DNA from: Pseudothioglobus sp. nBUS_23
GTDB taxonomy: Bacteria; Pseudomonadota; Gammaproteobacteria; PS1; Pseudothioglobaceae
Assembly (NCBI RefSeq): GCF_051201565.1
Contig: NZ_CP179200.1
Coordinates: 1,650,001-1,682,000, forward strand
Length of the DNA: 32,000 nucleotides
Reading direction: 5' to 3'
The notes under the pieces: model-generated
Database searches by the model: none
What the model was told of the DNA's origin: nothing
Seen by the model: only the letters and a program-made list of their open reading frames with translations
In this document: positions 1 to 9,670 of the stretch, piece after piece
Layout of the letters: each line of letters opens with the position of its first letter
How positions within the stretch are numbered: position 1 is the stretch's first letter
Program-made: the position numbers and the translations under genes

Positions 1-85
1 CTGAAGTTTCTGCAGCGCTGAGGGCAATCTTCATTTCAATTCATTAATGCAAGGGCATATTTATCTTTGTTACACTCTTAAAATA

Positions 86-385
86 TTAAGATCTAGGTAA
101 GATAATATCAGGGTTATCATCAAAAGGCCTGTAAATAACAAGAACCCCGCCGATAACTTGAACTAATTGTGAGTGAGAAAATTCCATAATTCGCTCAATG
201 ATGTTTTGTTTCACATCACGATCATCCACTCTTAACTTAATCTTTATTAGCTCATGCTTTTGCAATGTAGAGTCAATTTCTGCCAATACTGAATCACTTA
301 AGCCATTTTGACCAACCATCACAAAAGGCTTCAAATCATGAGCAATTGATCTTAAATATTTTTTTTGATTATTAGTCAATTTCAT
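86..385 (-). CDS. yhbY: YhbY/CRM-domain RNA-binding protein (ribosome assembly factor)
   Basis: Track ORF is 86..460. I trim it to the ATG at 383-385, giving MKLTNNQKKYLRSIAHDLKPFVMVGQNGLSDSVLAEI...HELIKIKL...VQVIGGVLVIYRP. This product is collinear from residue 1 with E. coli YhbY as I recall it. The longer ORF would add 25 aa lying over the lysA 3' end. Confidence 0.75.
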   Translation of the reverse strand: MKLTNNQKKYLRSIAHDLKPFVMVGQNGLSDSVLAEIDSTLQKHELIKIKLRVDDRDVKQNIIERIMEFSHSQLVQVIGGVLVIYRPFDDNPDIILPRS

Positions 386-1625
386 CTTCAAATAAACTCT
401 CATTCTCATAAAGGGAATCAATTGTTTCTCTTTTTCTAATCGTGCTATGTTTATTGCCACTAACCATTATCTCCGGAACCCTTGGCCTAGAATTATAGTT
501 AGAGCTTAGGACAAATCCATATGCGCCAGCTGTCATGATAGCAATATAATCTCCTTTTTCTAAAGTAAGATTTCTATCTTTCGCTAAGAAATCTGTAGAC
601 TCACAAACAGGGCCAACAATGTCCCAAGTATCATTAATACCCTTCGAGTTATCGTCAATCAAGACAGCTTGATGATAGGACTGATACAATGAAGGCCTAA
701 TTAAATCATTCATAGCACCATCAACAATTGCAAACGACTTTAGATTATTTTGCTTTAAGTATTCTACTTTTGTTACAAATATTCCTGCATTGCCAACAAT
801 TGAACGTCCAGGCTCAACTAATATCTTGATCTGATCAACTCTATTAGTAACAGAATTCAAATAGTCCTCAATATTGATTGTTTCCTCTTGGTCATAGCTA
901 ACTCCAATACCTCCACCAATATCAAGATGGTCGATCAAAATGTTTTCAGTTTTTAGCTTTTCAACAAGCTCTAATGCTCGATCTAGCGCCTCTATAAAAG
1001 GAGACACATCAGTTATTTGTGAACCTATATGATAATCAAGCCCACAAACTTTTAAATTTTCTGATAAAGCTGCTTTTTTAAACATTGAGAAGGCAATATC
1101 AGCGCCAACGCCAAACTTATTTTCTGCTAGGCCTGTTGAAATATAAGGATGAGTATTTGCATCTACATTCGGATTTACCCGAATCGAAATAGGTGCAGTC
1201 ATATTCAATGATGAAGCCACTGAATCAATGCAATCTAGCTCTCCTTCAGACTCGACATTAAAGCAATAGATGCCATATTCAAGAGCTTTTTGTATTGAGT
1301 ATTCATTTTTAGCAACTCCCGAATAAACGCATTTGCTTGGATTTCCTCCTGCAGCAATTACCCTTTCAAGTTCTCCAAGTGATACGATGTCAAAGCCAGA
1401 ACCGAGTTTTGCTAGAGTATTTAAGACTGCAATATTAGAGTTCGCCTTGACCGCATAACAAATTAAATGCGGATGATCTCCAAAAGATTTTTTGAATAGA
1501 TTCCAATTGAACTCTATTTGACTTTTTGAATAAATATAAAGCGGCGAACCATAAGATTTAATTAAGTCTTTAACAAGTAAAGACTCAGCATAAAGACAAT
1601 TATTTTGAAAATTGAATGCGTTCAA
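372..1625 (-). CDS. lysA: Diaminopimelate decarboxylase
   Basis: 417-aa ORF with PLP-decarboxylase signatures: CYAVKAN (PLP lysine), YHIGSQ, DIGGGIG, EPGRS, CESTD. The N-terminus MNAFNF... is collinear with Pseudomonas LysA. The start codon read from the sequence is TTG (+ strand caa at 1623-1625). Confidence 0.93.
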   Translation of the reverse strand: MNAFNFQNNCLYAESLLVKDLIKSYGSPLYIYSKSQIEFNWNLFKKSFGDHPHLICYAVKANSNIAVLNTLAKLGSGFDIVSLGELERVIAAGGNPSKCVYSGVAKNEYSIQKALEYGIYCFNVESEGELDCIDSVASSLNMTAPISIRVNPNVDANTHPYISTGLAENKFGVGADIAFSMFKKAALSENLKVCGLDYHIGSQITDVSPFIEALDRALELVEKLKTENILIDHLDIGGGIGVSYDQEETINIEDYLNSVTNRVDQIKILVEPGRSIVGNAGIFVTKVEYLKQNNLKSFAIVDGAMNDLIRPSLYQSYHQAVLIDDNSKGINDTWDIVGPVCESTDFLAKDRNLTLEKGDYIAIMTAGAYGFVLSSNYNSRPRVPEIMVSGNKHSTIRKRETIDSLYENESLFEDEID

Positions 1626-1637
1626 TTGTTTATTCTA

Positions 1638-1769
1638 TTAGCTACTAGTAGATGCTTCAATTGAACCAGCTTGTGACTCATCGATTGGAACCAAATCGCC
1701 CATTCGGCCACACGCAGCTAGAGTAATAACAAGCGAAACAAGTAAAAAAAGTTTAATTTGGTTTCTCAT
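1638..1769 (-). CDS. Small lipoprotein, LptM(YifL)/LppL-like; not in ORF track
   Basis: Hand translation of the minus strand gives ATG (cat 1767-1769) ... TAA (tta 1638-1640): MRNQIKLFLLVSLVITLAACGRMGDLVPIDESQAGSIEASTSS (43 aa). It has a signal peptide plus lipobox L-A-A-C. The CG(R/K)xGxLxxP pattern after the lipidated Cys resembles YifL/LptM. It sits 12 nt upstream of lysA, as lppL-lysA does in Pseudomonas. Confidence 0.6.
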   Translation of the reverse strand: MRNQIKLFLLVSLVITLAACGRMGDLVPIDESQAGSIEASTSS

Positions 1770-1801
1770 GGCGTCACCATCACTTTATCAAAGGTATCAT
1801 T

Positions 1802-2461
1802 TTACACAAAGGCTTTAAGCTGTTGTATAAACAAATCTCTAGGCATATTAAAAGCACCTAGACTTTCAAGATGCTTATTTTCCACCTGACAGTCTATCAA
1901 TTTATAATCACTATTTTGGAGAAGGTAAGCAAAGGCAACTTTTGAAGCATTGCTAACGAGTGAAAACATTGACTCTCCAAAAAAAACACCTCCTAACGCA
2001 ACTCCATATAAACCGCCCACCAGCTTTTTATCCAAAAAAACTTCGTAGGAGTGCGCATATCCTGCATCATAAAGATTACAGTAAGCTGAAATCATCTCAT
2101 CACTTATCCAGGTTCCAGACTGTCCAGCTCTAGGGACATTTTGACACTGGTGCATTACTTCAGGAAAAACAGTATTCACTGAGACATTAAATCTTGATGA
2201 GTTAATAGTCTTTCTTAAGCTTTTTGAAAGATGAAAAGCCTCAGGCGTAATGACCATTCTAGGGTCAGGAGAATACCACAATATTGGCTCATCTTTTCCA
2301 TACCAAGGAAAGATTCCATTTGAATAAGCATGTAATAATCTTTCAACAGATAAATCACCACCTATTCCTATTAGGCCATTTGGTTCTTTGAGAGCTAATT
2401 TTATATCTGGAAATTTTATTTCATCAGCATTAAGCCAAAAGGATGAGGGGATTTGAATCAC
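1802..2461 (-). CDS. aat: Leucyl/phenylalanyl-tRNA--protein transferase
   Basis: 219-aa ORF with the GIFPWY and FFGESMFS motifs characteristic of L/F-transferase. The start is GTG (cac 2459-2461) and overlaps the nudE stop (GTGA). Confidence 0.9.
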   Translation of the reverse strand: MIQIPSSFWLNADEIKFPDIKLALKEPNGLIGIGGDLSVERLLHAYSNGIFPWYGKDEPILWYSPDPRMVITPEAFHLSKSLRKTINSSRFNVSVNTVFPEVMHQCQNVPRAGQSGTWISDEMISAYCNLYDAGYAHSYEVFLDKKLVGGLYGVALGGVFFGESMFSLVSNASKVAFAYLLQNSDYKLIDCQVENKHLESLGAFNMPRDLFIQQLKAFV

Positions 2462-3015
2462 TCTTTTCGATTATTGATAATATCCCTTGCCATGTAGAGT
2501 GCAAGTATACTTCTAGCCTCGGTTAAATCCTCTGAATATGTTAACTGCTCTATATCTGAAAGTTTTTTAGGAACAATTTCTAACGGTTCTGGCTCATCAC
2601 CTTCTGCAGTCTCTTCGTAAAGCTCTTCAGCCAAAACAATATGCGTTTCGCTAGACTGATAGCCTGGAGCAAGGGTGATTGTTTTTAAAAAAGTTAATTT
2701 GTTTGCGCCGTAACCAATTTCTTCTTTAAGCTCCCTCCCAGCAGCCTCAACTGGGGTTTCTCCTTTATCAATTTTGCCCTTAGTCAAACCTAACTCATAT
2801 CTTTCAGTTCCACCAGAAAACTCATATATCATTAAAACTGTTTCATCATCAATCATTGGGATAACTAGAACAGCTCCATTACCTCTTGACATTAATCTTT
2901 CATAAACCCGAGTTGCTCCATTTGAAAACTCAACATCCATGGATTCAAGATTAAAAATTCGACTCTGAGCGACAGTGTGAATATTGGTAAGTTTGGGCAT
3001 TTTCCTCATAGTCAT
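2458..3015 (-). CDS. nudE: Nudix hydrolase, NudE-like (ADP-ribose/adenosine nucleotide pyrophosphatase)
   Basis: 185-aa ORF with Nudix box GKIDKGETPVEAAGRELKEEIGY. Similarity to E. coli NudE as recalled runs end to end (..VAQSRIF.LESMDVEFSNG..RVYERL...EGDEPEPL..). Confidence 0.8.
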   Translation of the reverse strand: MTMRKMPKLTNIHTVAQSRIFNLESMDVEFSNGATRVYERLMSRGNGAVLVIPMIDDETVLMIYEFSGGTERYELGLTKGKIDKGETPVEAAGRELKEEIGYGANKLTFLKTITLAPGYQSSETHIVLAEELYEETAEGDEPEPLEIVPKKLSDIEQLTYSEDLTEARSILALYMARDIINNRKE

Positions 3016-3096
3016 ATTATGCCATTGCTTGTAATTTAGAATAAATTAATGATTGATTATTTTTCAATAGTAAAGGAAAAATAATCATTCAATTTA

Positions 3097-3984
3097 TTAC
3101 TTTCGATTCAGCTCATCAAAGACCATTAATGCTGATGTATCACTATATGTATGGCCTTTATCCATTAGGTTAATGTATCTATCATAAACCTCTTGAGTAA
3201 AAGTTAAATTAGTTGCATTTCCTTGAGCTTGATCCAAACAATACCCTAAATCTTTCACCATCCACTTAATTGCAAAACCAAAATCAAACTCCCTTTGATG
3301 CATCGTTTTGCCCCTATTCACCATTTGCCATGATTGGGCAGCGCCTCCAGATATAGCAGATAATAATTTATCCATATCTAGATTTTCAGCCTCGGCAAAA
3401 AGCAAACCCTCTGATAGTCCTTGCAATAGTCCAGCAATACAGATTTGATTAACCATTTTCGCTAATTGACCTGACCCAGCCTCCCCCATTAAAGTAATAC
3501 TCTTTGAATATGTATTAATAATAGATTCACATGACTCTAAAACAGCCTGATCTCCTCCTGCCATAACACTTAGAACACCATTTATAGCGCCAGCTTCGCC
3601 ACCACTAACCGGTGCATCAATAAAGTCAATTTCTTTAGCACCCAGAGATTCATTTAAGTGCTTTGCGAGTTTGCAAGATGTCGTCGTGTGGTCAATAAAT
3701 ACAGAGCCACTTTTTAGAAAGGACAACATCCCACCTTTCGAAAATACAATTTCCATCATATCTTCGTCCCTGCCAGTACATGTGATAACTACATCAGCAT
3801 CTGAGACAGCTTCTTCAATTGTTTGAGCAACTTTACCTTGGTATTCATTACCCCACTTAGCAGATTTTTCTAATGATCGATTAAAAACACAGACGTTGAA
3901 AAGTCCAGAATTTGATAAATGTCCTGCCATTGGATATCCCATTGTGCCTAGACCGATGAAAGTTACATTTTTTTTACTGCCCAT
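3097..3984 (-). CDS. NAD(P)-dependent beta-hydroxyacid dehydrogenase (3-hydroxyisobutyrate dehydrogenase family)
   Basis: 295-aa ORF with N-terminal Rossmann motif FIGLGTMGYPMAGHL. Its length and layout are typical of the MmsB/GarR family. The substrate cannot be assigned from sequence. Confidence 0.75.
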   Translation of the reverse strand: MGSKKNVTFIGLGTMGYPMAGHLSNSGLFNVCVFNRSLEKSAKWGNEYQGKVAQTIEEAVSDADVVITCTGRDEDMMEIVFSKGGMLSFLKSGSVFIDHTTTSCKLAKHLNESLGAKEIDFIDAPVSGGEAGAINGVLSVMAGGDQAVLESCESIINTYSKSITLMGEAGSGQLAKMVNQICIAGLLQGLSEGLLFAEAENLDMDKLLSAISGGAAQSWQMVNRGKTMHQREFDFGFAIKWMVKDLGYCLDQAQGNATNLTFTQEVYDRYINLMDKGHTYSDTSALMVFDELNRK

Positions 3985-4014
3985 AGATGTATCCTAATTT
4001 TTTGTTCAATTACT

Positions 4015-4698
4015 ATGAATTATACGACAATGTCTTCTATACTAAATCGCCACTTAATTCAAAAAATCTTCCATATGACTGAACCCAAATACTGGCAACA
4101 ATCCAAAGAATTTTTATCTAAAGTTGACCCTAGCCTAGAAGGGCTGCTCTTGAAGCACGATGATTACATTATTTCATCTAGGGGTGAGGCATTAGAAACT
4201 TTACTTAGGGCAATAGTTGGTCAGCAGATATCTGTCCAAGCAGCTGCGAGTGTATGGGGAAAGTTGGCAAATAAAATTGGACAAATAAAGCCAGAAAATG
4301 TACTTTCATTAAGTTTTGATGATCTCAAGGCCTGTGGCCTATCAAAACAAAAGACTCAATATCTTATTAATATATGTAATCATTTTATTTCTTTCTCAAT
4401 CAAAGATCATTCACACTGGGAGGACCGGTCATTTGAGAGCGTCTATCAAGAATTAATAACCATTAAAGGAGTGGGTCCTTGGACTGCTGAAATGTTTGGT
4501 ATGTTTTATTTACTCGAAAAAGACATCTTTCCAATAAAAGATATTGGAATTATTAGAGCTATGAATCAGATTTATGGCGACGGAAATATTCTTAGCAAGA
4601 ATCAGATTATAGAAATTTCTGAACAATGGAAGCCTTATAGAAGCGTTGCGTGCTGGTTTCTATGGAAATCTATTGACAGTGAAGATGTTCAATACTAA
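4015..4698 (+). CDS. DNA-3-methyladenine glycosylase II family protein (HhH-GPD, AlkA-like short form)
   Basis: The HhH-GPD region [12 protein letters not shown]...D is typical of the AlkA/Mag family. The start is uncertain: ATGs at 4015, 4030 and 4075 are all possible, and 4075 (MTEPKYWQQ...) matches short family members best. Confidence 0.7.
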   Translation: MNYTTMSSILNRHLIQKIFHMTEPKYWQQSKEFLSKVDPSLEGLLLKHDDYIISSRGEALETLLRAIVGQQISVQAAASVWGKLANKIGQIKPENVLSLSFDDLKACGLSKQKTQYLINICNHFISFSIKDHSHWEDRSFESVYQELITIKGVGPWTAEMFGMFYLLEKDIFPIKDIGIIRAMNQIYGDGNILSKNQIIEISEQWKPYRSVACWFLWKSIDSEDVQY

Positions 4699-5768
4699 GA
4701 CTCTAAAGCCTTAACAACAAGATCACCCATTTCTTCTGTTCCAACTACTTTTTGACTGTCGCCAGCAATATCCTTTGTTCTGTATCCTTGATCCAAGACA
4801 TCGCTTACCGCAGAATCAATTTTTTCAGCCAGCTCTGCTTGGTTAAGCGAGTATCTCAACATCATAGACACAGACAAGATAGTTGCTAATGGATTTGCAA
4901 TATCTTTACCAGCTATATCTGGGGCAGAACCATGAATAGGCTCATACATACCAAAGTTATTTTTATCTAATGATGCTGAGGGCAGCATACCGATCGAGCC
5001 AGTTAGCATTGCTGCACAATCAGAAAGAACATCTCCAAAAAGATTACTAGTAACCATGACATCAAACTGCTTAGGATCTCTCACGAGCTGCATAGCTGCA
5101 TTATCAACGTATAAATGAGAAAGTTTTACATCTGAATATTCTTTTGATACTTCCTCCATCACATCTCTCCAAAGCTCAGAAACCTCAAGAACATTTGCTT
5201 TATCAACAGAACAGACTCGACCATTCCTCTTTTGAGCTATCTGAAAAGCAGAATGTCCAATTCTTGCAATCTCAGATTCATAATAGGTCGCAGAATTGAC
5301 TCCAAAGCGCTCACCATTTTTGATTTCAACTCCTCTTGGCTCTCCAAAATAGATACCTCCAACAAGCTCGCGAACAATCATTAAGTCAAGACCAGATACA
5401 ATCTCATTTTTAAGGCTGGATGCAGAAGCTAGTTGTGGATATAGGATTGCTGGCCTTAGATTTGAAAAAAGCTCAAGCTCAGAACGTATGCCCAATAAAC
5501 CTCTTTCTGGCCTTAAACTTCTTTCGAGTGACTCCCATTTAGGACCCCCAACAGCTCCCAGCAAAATTGAGTCGCACTCTTTTGCAATCCTAATCGTCTC
5601 ATCAGGAAAAGGCGAACCTGTTTCATCATAAGCTGCTCCACCAAGGAGTCCATTGACAAGAGTCATCTCCATTGCATGATTCCTATTTAATGAATCAATG
5701 ACTTTAACGGCTTGAGCCACAATTTCTATCCCTATGCCGTCGCCAGGCAGAATCAGTATTTTTGACAT
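4695..5768 (-). CDS. leuB: 3-isopropylmalate dehydrogenase
   Basis: 357-aa ORF with N-terminal [11 protein letters not shown] and the isocitrate/isopropylmalate dehydrogenase signature [26 protein letters not shown]. Confidence 0.93.
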   Translation of the reverse strand: MSKILILPGDGIGIEIVAQAVKVIDSLNRNHAMEMTLVNGLLGGAAYDETGSPFPDETIRIAKECDSILLGAVGGPKWESLERSLRPERGLLGIRSELELFSNLRPAILYPQLASASSLKNEIVSGLDLMIVRELVGGIYFGEPRGVEIKNGERFGVNSATYYESEIARIGHSAFQIAQKRNGRVCSVDKANVLEVSELWRDVMEEVSKEYSDVKLSHLYVDNAAMQLVRDPKQFDVMVTSNLFGDVLSDCAAMLTGSIGMLPSASLDKNNFGMYEPIHGSAPDIAGKDIANPLATILSVSMMLRYSLNQAELAEKIDSAVSDVLDQGYRTKDIAGDSQKVVGTEEMGDLVVKALES

Positions 5769-5805
5769 TTTAGTTTCCTAATATACGTTTATAAATTAGA
5801 TGTAG

Positions 5806-5970
5806 TTATATTTCAACCATATCGAAATCTTCCTTGCCTGATCCACAAACTGGACACTCCCAGTCTTCAGGAACATCGGACCAGGTCGTTCCAGGATCAA
5901 TTCCTTCATCTGGAGCCCCTTTCTCTTCGTCATAGATCCATCCACACATGGTGCATTGAAATTTTTTCAT
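5806..5970 (-). CDS. Rubredoxin; not in ORF track
   Basis: Hand translation of the minus strand, codon by codon, gives MKKFQCTMCGWIYDEEKGAPDEGIDPGTTWSDVPEDWECPVCGSGKEDFDMVEI (54 aa). ATG is cat at 5968-5970 and TAA is tta at 5806-5808. It has the two CxxCG iron-binding knuckles and the canonical rubredoxin core. Confidence 0.9.
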   Translation of the reverse strand: MKKFQCTMCGWIYDEEKGAPDEGIDPGTTWSDVPEDWECPVCGSGKEDFDMVEI

Positions 5971-6128
5971 AATAAGTTTTTAACAGGAAAAGTTATTAAT
6001 GCTGGTCAATTCCTTTGCAAGGTGATTATACATTTTGTTAATCATAAATTGATAATCAAAATTGATAGCTACTTTCAACATCAAAACTAATATAAGTGAT
6101 ATTACAAAATACAGTATAAAATATTGCA

Positions 6129-7511
6129 ATGCTCAAAATTTATAACACCCTCAGCAATCAAAAGGAAGAGTTTCAACCTATTGATGCGAACCAAGTTGGA
6201 ATTTATGTTTGTGGTATGACCGTTTATGACCTATGCCATATGGGTCATGCTAGAGTCATGGTGATGTTTGATGTCATAACAAGGCATTTGAGACGAAACT
6301 TTCCTAATGTAAAGTATGTCAGGAATATCACGGATATTGATGACAAGATCATCACAAGGGCTATTGAAAATAATGAGGATATTTACTCCTTAACTAATAG
6401 GTTTATTGATGCGATGCATGAAGATGAACAGTCTTTGGGTGTCCTGAGTCCAGATATTGAGCCTAGGGCTACTGATTCGATTGACAAGATGATTGATATG
6501 ATTGAATCTTTATCAAAAAAAGGATTGGCATATCAAGGAACCAATGGTGACGTATTTTATTCAGTAAGAAAATTTAAAGAATACGGGAAACTATCTGGAA
6601 AAAACTTAGATGACCTGGTAGCTGGTGCAAGGGTTGATGTTGAAAACCATAAAAAAGATCCTCTTGATTTTGTTCTTTGGAAAAAAGCTAAATCTGGCGA
6701 ACCCAGCTGGCCGTCACCCTGGGGTAACGGTAGGCCTGGTTGGCATATTGAGTGCTCTGCAATGTCTAATCATTTTATTTCGAATCATTTCGACATACAT
6801 GGTGGCGGCATGGACTTGACATTTCCGCATCATGAAAATGAAATTGCCCAATCTGAAGGCGCTAATAATTGTACATTTGTAAATACTTGGATGCATGTTG
6901 GTTTTGTTAATATTGATGACGAAAAGATGAGCAAATCTCTCAATAATTTTTTTACTATTCGTGATGTATTAAAAAAATATGATGGAGAGGCCCTAAGATA
7001 TTTTCTTATAAGTAGCCACTACCGTTCGCCTTTAAACTATAGTGAAACAAACATTGAGAGCGCTCAATCAGCTTTAATTAGACTTTATAACGCCATAAAA
7101 GGCCTAAATCATAATTCTGTAGATTCGTCACTTCTTGAGTTTGACTATGAAGCAAGATTTAATGCAGCTTTAAATGATGATTTCAATACACCTATGGCCC
7201 TAAGTGTACTTTTTGAAATTGCTAAACAAATCAATATTGAACGAGCAGCTAACCCAAATAAAGCGAACACACTATCGAGTCAACTTGTCCAGCTCGGAAA
7301 TAACCTTGGCATTCTTAATTATAATGCTGATGAATACTTGAAACGAGGATCGGAGTTGTCTGAATCTGAAATCTCTAAAAAAATTAACCAAAGAGAGGCT
7401 GCAAGAAACTCTAAAGACTTTACAATGTCAGACCAAATCAGAGATGAGCTTTTGGAGCTTGGTATTATCCTCGAAGACAGCATAAATGGAACAACTTGGC
7501 GAAGAAAATAA
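6129..7511 (+). CDS. cysS: Cysteine--tRNA ligase
   Basis: 460-aa ORF with the class I HIGH motif (CHMGHA), the KMSKS motif and WHIECS typical of CysRS. Confidence 0.95.
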   Translation: MLKIYNTLSNQKEEFQPIDANQVGIYVCGMTVYDLCHMGHARVMVMFDVITRHLRRNFPNVKYVRNITDIDDKIITRAIENNEDIYSLTNRFIDAMHEDEQSLGVLSPDIEPRATDSIDKMIDMIESLSKKGLAYQGTNGDVFYSVRKFKEYGKLSGKNLDDLVAGARVDVENHKKDPLDFVLWKKAKSGEPSWPSPWGNGRPGWHIECSAMSNHFISNHFDIHGGGMDLTFPHHENEIAQSEGANNCTFVNTWMHVGFVNIDDEKMSKSLNNFFTIRDVLKKYDGEALRYFLISSHYRSPLNYSETNIESAQSALIRLYNAIKGLNHNSVDSSLLEFDYEARFNAALNDDFNTPMALSVLFEIAKQINIERAANPNKANTLSSQLVQLGNNLGILNYNADEYLKRGSELSESEISKKINQREAARNSKDFTMSDQIRDELLELGIILEDSINGTTWRRK

Positions 7512-8169
7512 TATTAGCCTGGATTGGAATCAAATTGATACAATCTTGCTAGACCTTGACGGAACTATCTTAGATTTAAACTTTGATTTAGAGTTTTGGT
7601 TGGAATATATTCCCCAGGTTTACTCAAAACAAAATCACATCGACTTTAAGACAGCTAAAGAAATAATCATATCAAAGATTAATTCTCAAGAAGGGAAGCT
7701 TACCTGGTATTGCTTGGATTATTGGGAAAAACAACTTGAATTAGATATTATGAAACTAAAAACTGACATCTCACATCTGATTCAAGTTCATGATCATGCC
7801 TTAACTTTTCTTCAACGTGCAAAAGATAAAAATAAGCGTATTTATTTAGTTACAAATGCCCATAGAAAAGGCATTAAACTTAAAATGAAAATGTCTAAAA
7901 TCGAAGGTTTTTTTGATGAAATTATTTCATCACATGACTTTGGAGTTCCAAAACAACAGCAAAAATTTTGGAAAGAGCTAGACAAGCAAATCGATTTCAA
8001 TAAAGAAAGGTCAATTTTCTTTGATGATTCTTTAGATGTTTTAGAGGCGGCTGCCAAATTTAAAATTCAAAATGTTATTGCAATCAGTAAGCCAAGTACT
8101 AAGATTGTGAAAAAAAATGTGCCAGGCTTTAGGAATATTGAAAACTTTGGTGAGGCTATGCCACATTAA
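7486..8169 (+). CDS. yrfG: HAD-superfamily hydrolase, YrfG-like (GMP/IMP nucleotidase family)
   Basis: HAD motif I is LLDLDGT. The stretch WYCLDYWEKQLELDI, and the overall collinearity, match E. coli YrfG as recalled. The ATG at 7486 overlaps the cysS 3' end by 26 nt. Confidence 0.75.
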   Translation: MEQLGEENNISLDWNQIDTILLDLDGTILDLNFDLEFWLEYIPQVYSKQNHIDFKTAKEIIISKINSQEGKLTWYCLDYWEKQLELDIMKLKTDISHLIQVHDHALTFLQRAKDKNKRIYLVTNAHRKGIKLKMKMSKIEGFFDEIISSHDFGVPKQQQKFWKELDKQIDFNKERSIFFDDSLDVLEAAAKFKIQNVIAISKPSTKIVKKNVPGFRNIENFGEAMPH

Positions 8170-8410
8170 GTAATCGTCATTTTAATTACCATTTCCTATG
8201 AAACAATTTGTAACAATCTCCTCCAGCTTACATTCTAAAATATTTTTTTTAACCAGAAAATTCTAACTTAATATAATTAAACAATACTTTAGAATTATTG
8301 AATACTGGATCCATACCAAATGTTATACTTTTTTAATAACTCTGAAGTGCATCTGTATGCGATAGTCAAATTTGCATACTTGAATCTTAACCTTTAATAA
8401 CTAAATTATT

Positions 8411-9655
8411 ATGAAAAATGCTTTTTATGCTCAATCTGGAGGAGTAACTGCTGTAATTAATGCTTCAGCCAGTGGAGTGATTGAAACAGCTCGAAAACAT
8501 TCTGACAAAATTGGTACAGTTTACGCTGGAGAGAATGGAATTATTGGGGCTTTAACTGAAAACCTAATTGACACCTCATTGGAATCGGATGCTGATATTG
8601 CGGCACTTAATCACACACCGTCAGGTGGTTTTGGGTCTTGTCGGTATAAGATGAAATCACTCGAGGCCAATAGAGCTGAATATGAGCGCTTAATAGACGT
8701 CTTTAAAGCTCATAATATCGGTTATTTTTTTTATAATGGCGGGGGTGACTCAGCAGATACTTGCTTAAAAGTTTCTCAATTATCTGAAAGTATGGGGTAT
8801 CCGATTCAGGCAATTCATATACCCAAAACTGTAGACAATGACCTTCCAGTAACTGACAACTGCCCTGGATTTGGTTCAGTAGCAAAATATATTGCCGTTT
8901 CAACAATGGAGGCAAGTTTTGATGTAGCATCAATGGCAGCAACTTCAACAAAAATCTTTGTATTAGAAGTCATGGGCCGCCATGCTGGCTGGATTGCAGC
9001 AGCTGGAGGGTTAGTAGACTCCTCAATACCAGTAGTAATTTTGTTTCCTGAGGTTGACTTTAACGAAGAGAAATTTTTAGCCAAGGTTGACAAAAATGTA
9101 AAAGAATTTGGATATTGCACCATAGTTGTATCTGAAGGAACAAAGTGGCCTGATGGCTCTTTCCTAGCAGAACAGGGTACTCGAGACGACTTTGGACATG
9201 CTCAACTTGGCGGAGCAGCGCCTGTTGTTGCGAATATCATTAAAAAATCTCTGGGCTATAAGTTTCACTGGGCTGTTGCTGACTATCTGCAGCGTTCAGC
9301 AAGACATTTAGCTTCTAACTCTGATGTAGAACAAGCCTACGCTCTTGGAAAAGCTGCGGTAGAAATGGCCCTAGATGGGAAGAATTCAATCATGCCTTCT
9401 ATTGTTAGAAAATCAAGTAACCCATACCAATGGGAAATTGGCTATGGCGAATTAAAGGACATAGCAAATGTGGAAAAAATGATGCCTGAAAATTTTATTT
9501 CAAATGATGGATTTTCTATAACTGATTCATGTCGCGAATATTTACTTCCACTTATTGAAGGTGAGAATTATCCACCGTATAATAATGGTTTGCCAGAATA
9601 TGTCGTAATGAAAAAAACAAAGGTAAGCAAAAAGTTGCCCCCCTTTGAAGTGTAA
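8411..9655 (+). CDS. pfp: 6-phosphofructokinase, probably of the pyrophosphate-dependent (Pfp) clade
   Basis: 414-aa PFK-family ORF with YAQSGGVTAVINAS, NGGGDSAD, PKTVDNDL and MGRHAG motifs. Its length and N-terminus resemble the PPi-PFKs of Methylococcus/Xanthomonas type. The phosphoryl donor cannot be settled from sequence alone. Confidence 0.7.
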   Translation: MKNAFYAQSGGVTAVINASASGVIETARKHSDKIGTVYAGENGIIGALTENLIDTSLESDADIAALNHTPSGGFGSCRYKMKSLEANRAEYERLIDVFKAHNIGYFFYNGGGDSADTCLKVSQLSESMGYPIQAIHIPKTVDNDLPVTDNCPGFGSVAKYIAVSTMEASFDVASMAATSTKIFVLEVMGRHAGWIAAAGGLVDSSIPVVILFPEVDFNEEKFLAKVDKNVKEFGYCTIVVSEGTKWPDGSFLAEQGTRDDFGHAQLGGAAPVVANIIKKSLGYKFHWAVADYLQRSARHLASNSDVEQAYALGKAAVEMALDGKNSIMPSIVRKSSNPYQWEIGYGELKDIANVEKMMPENFISNDGFSITDSCREYLLPLIEGENYPPYNNGLPEYVVMKKTKVSKKLPPFEV

Positions 9656-9670
9656 ATAAAAGGCGTTCAT

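Noticed and set aside
1-34. Possible minus-strand gene start (ATG at 32-34, MKIALSAAETS...) running off the left edge
   Set aside because: Only 11 codons are visible, which is too little to support any call.
6625-6896. 64-aa (+) and 60-aa (-) ORFs inside cysS
   Set aside because: They are out of frame or antisense within a strongly conserved aminoacyl-tRNA synthetase gene, so they are spurious.
8198-8266. 22-aa ORF (MKQFVTISSSLHSKIFFLTRKF) and short hairpins in the 241-nt region upstream of the PFK gene
   Set aside because: There is no RBS and no recognisable family. AT-rich intergenic DNA yields such ORFs by chance. The hairpins (GCATctgtATGC, and TATGC..GCATA) have only 4-5 bp stems.
8703-9123. 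82-aa and 102-aa minus-strand ORFs inside the PFK gene
   Set aside because: They are embedded antisense in a conserved enzyme gene, with no start context or recognisable motifs.
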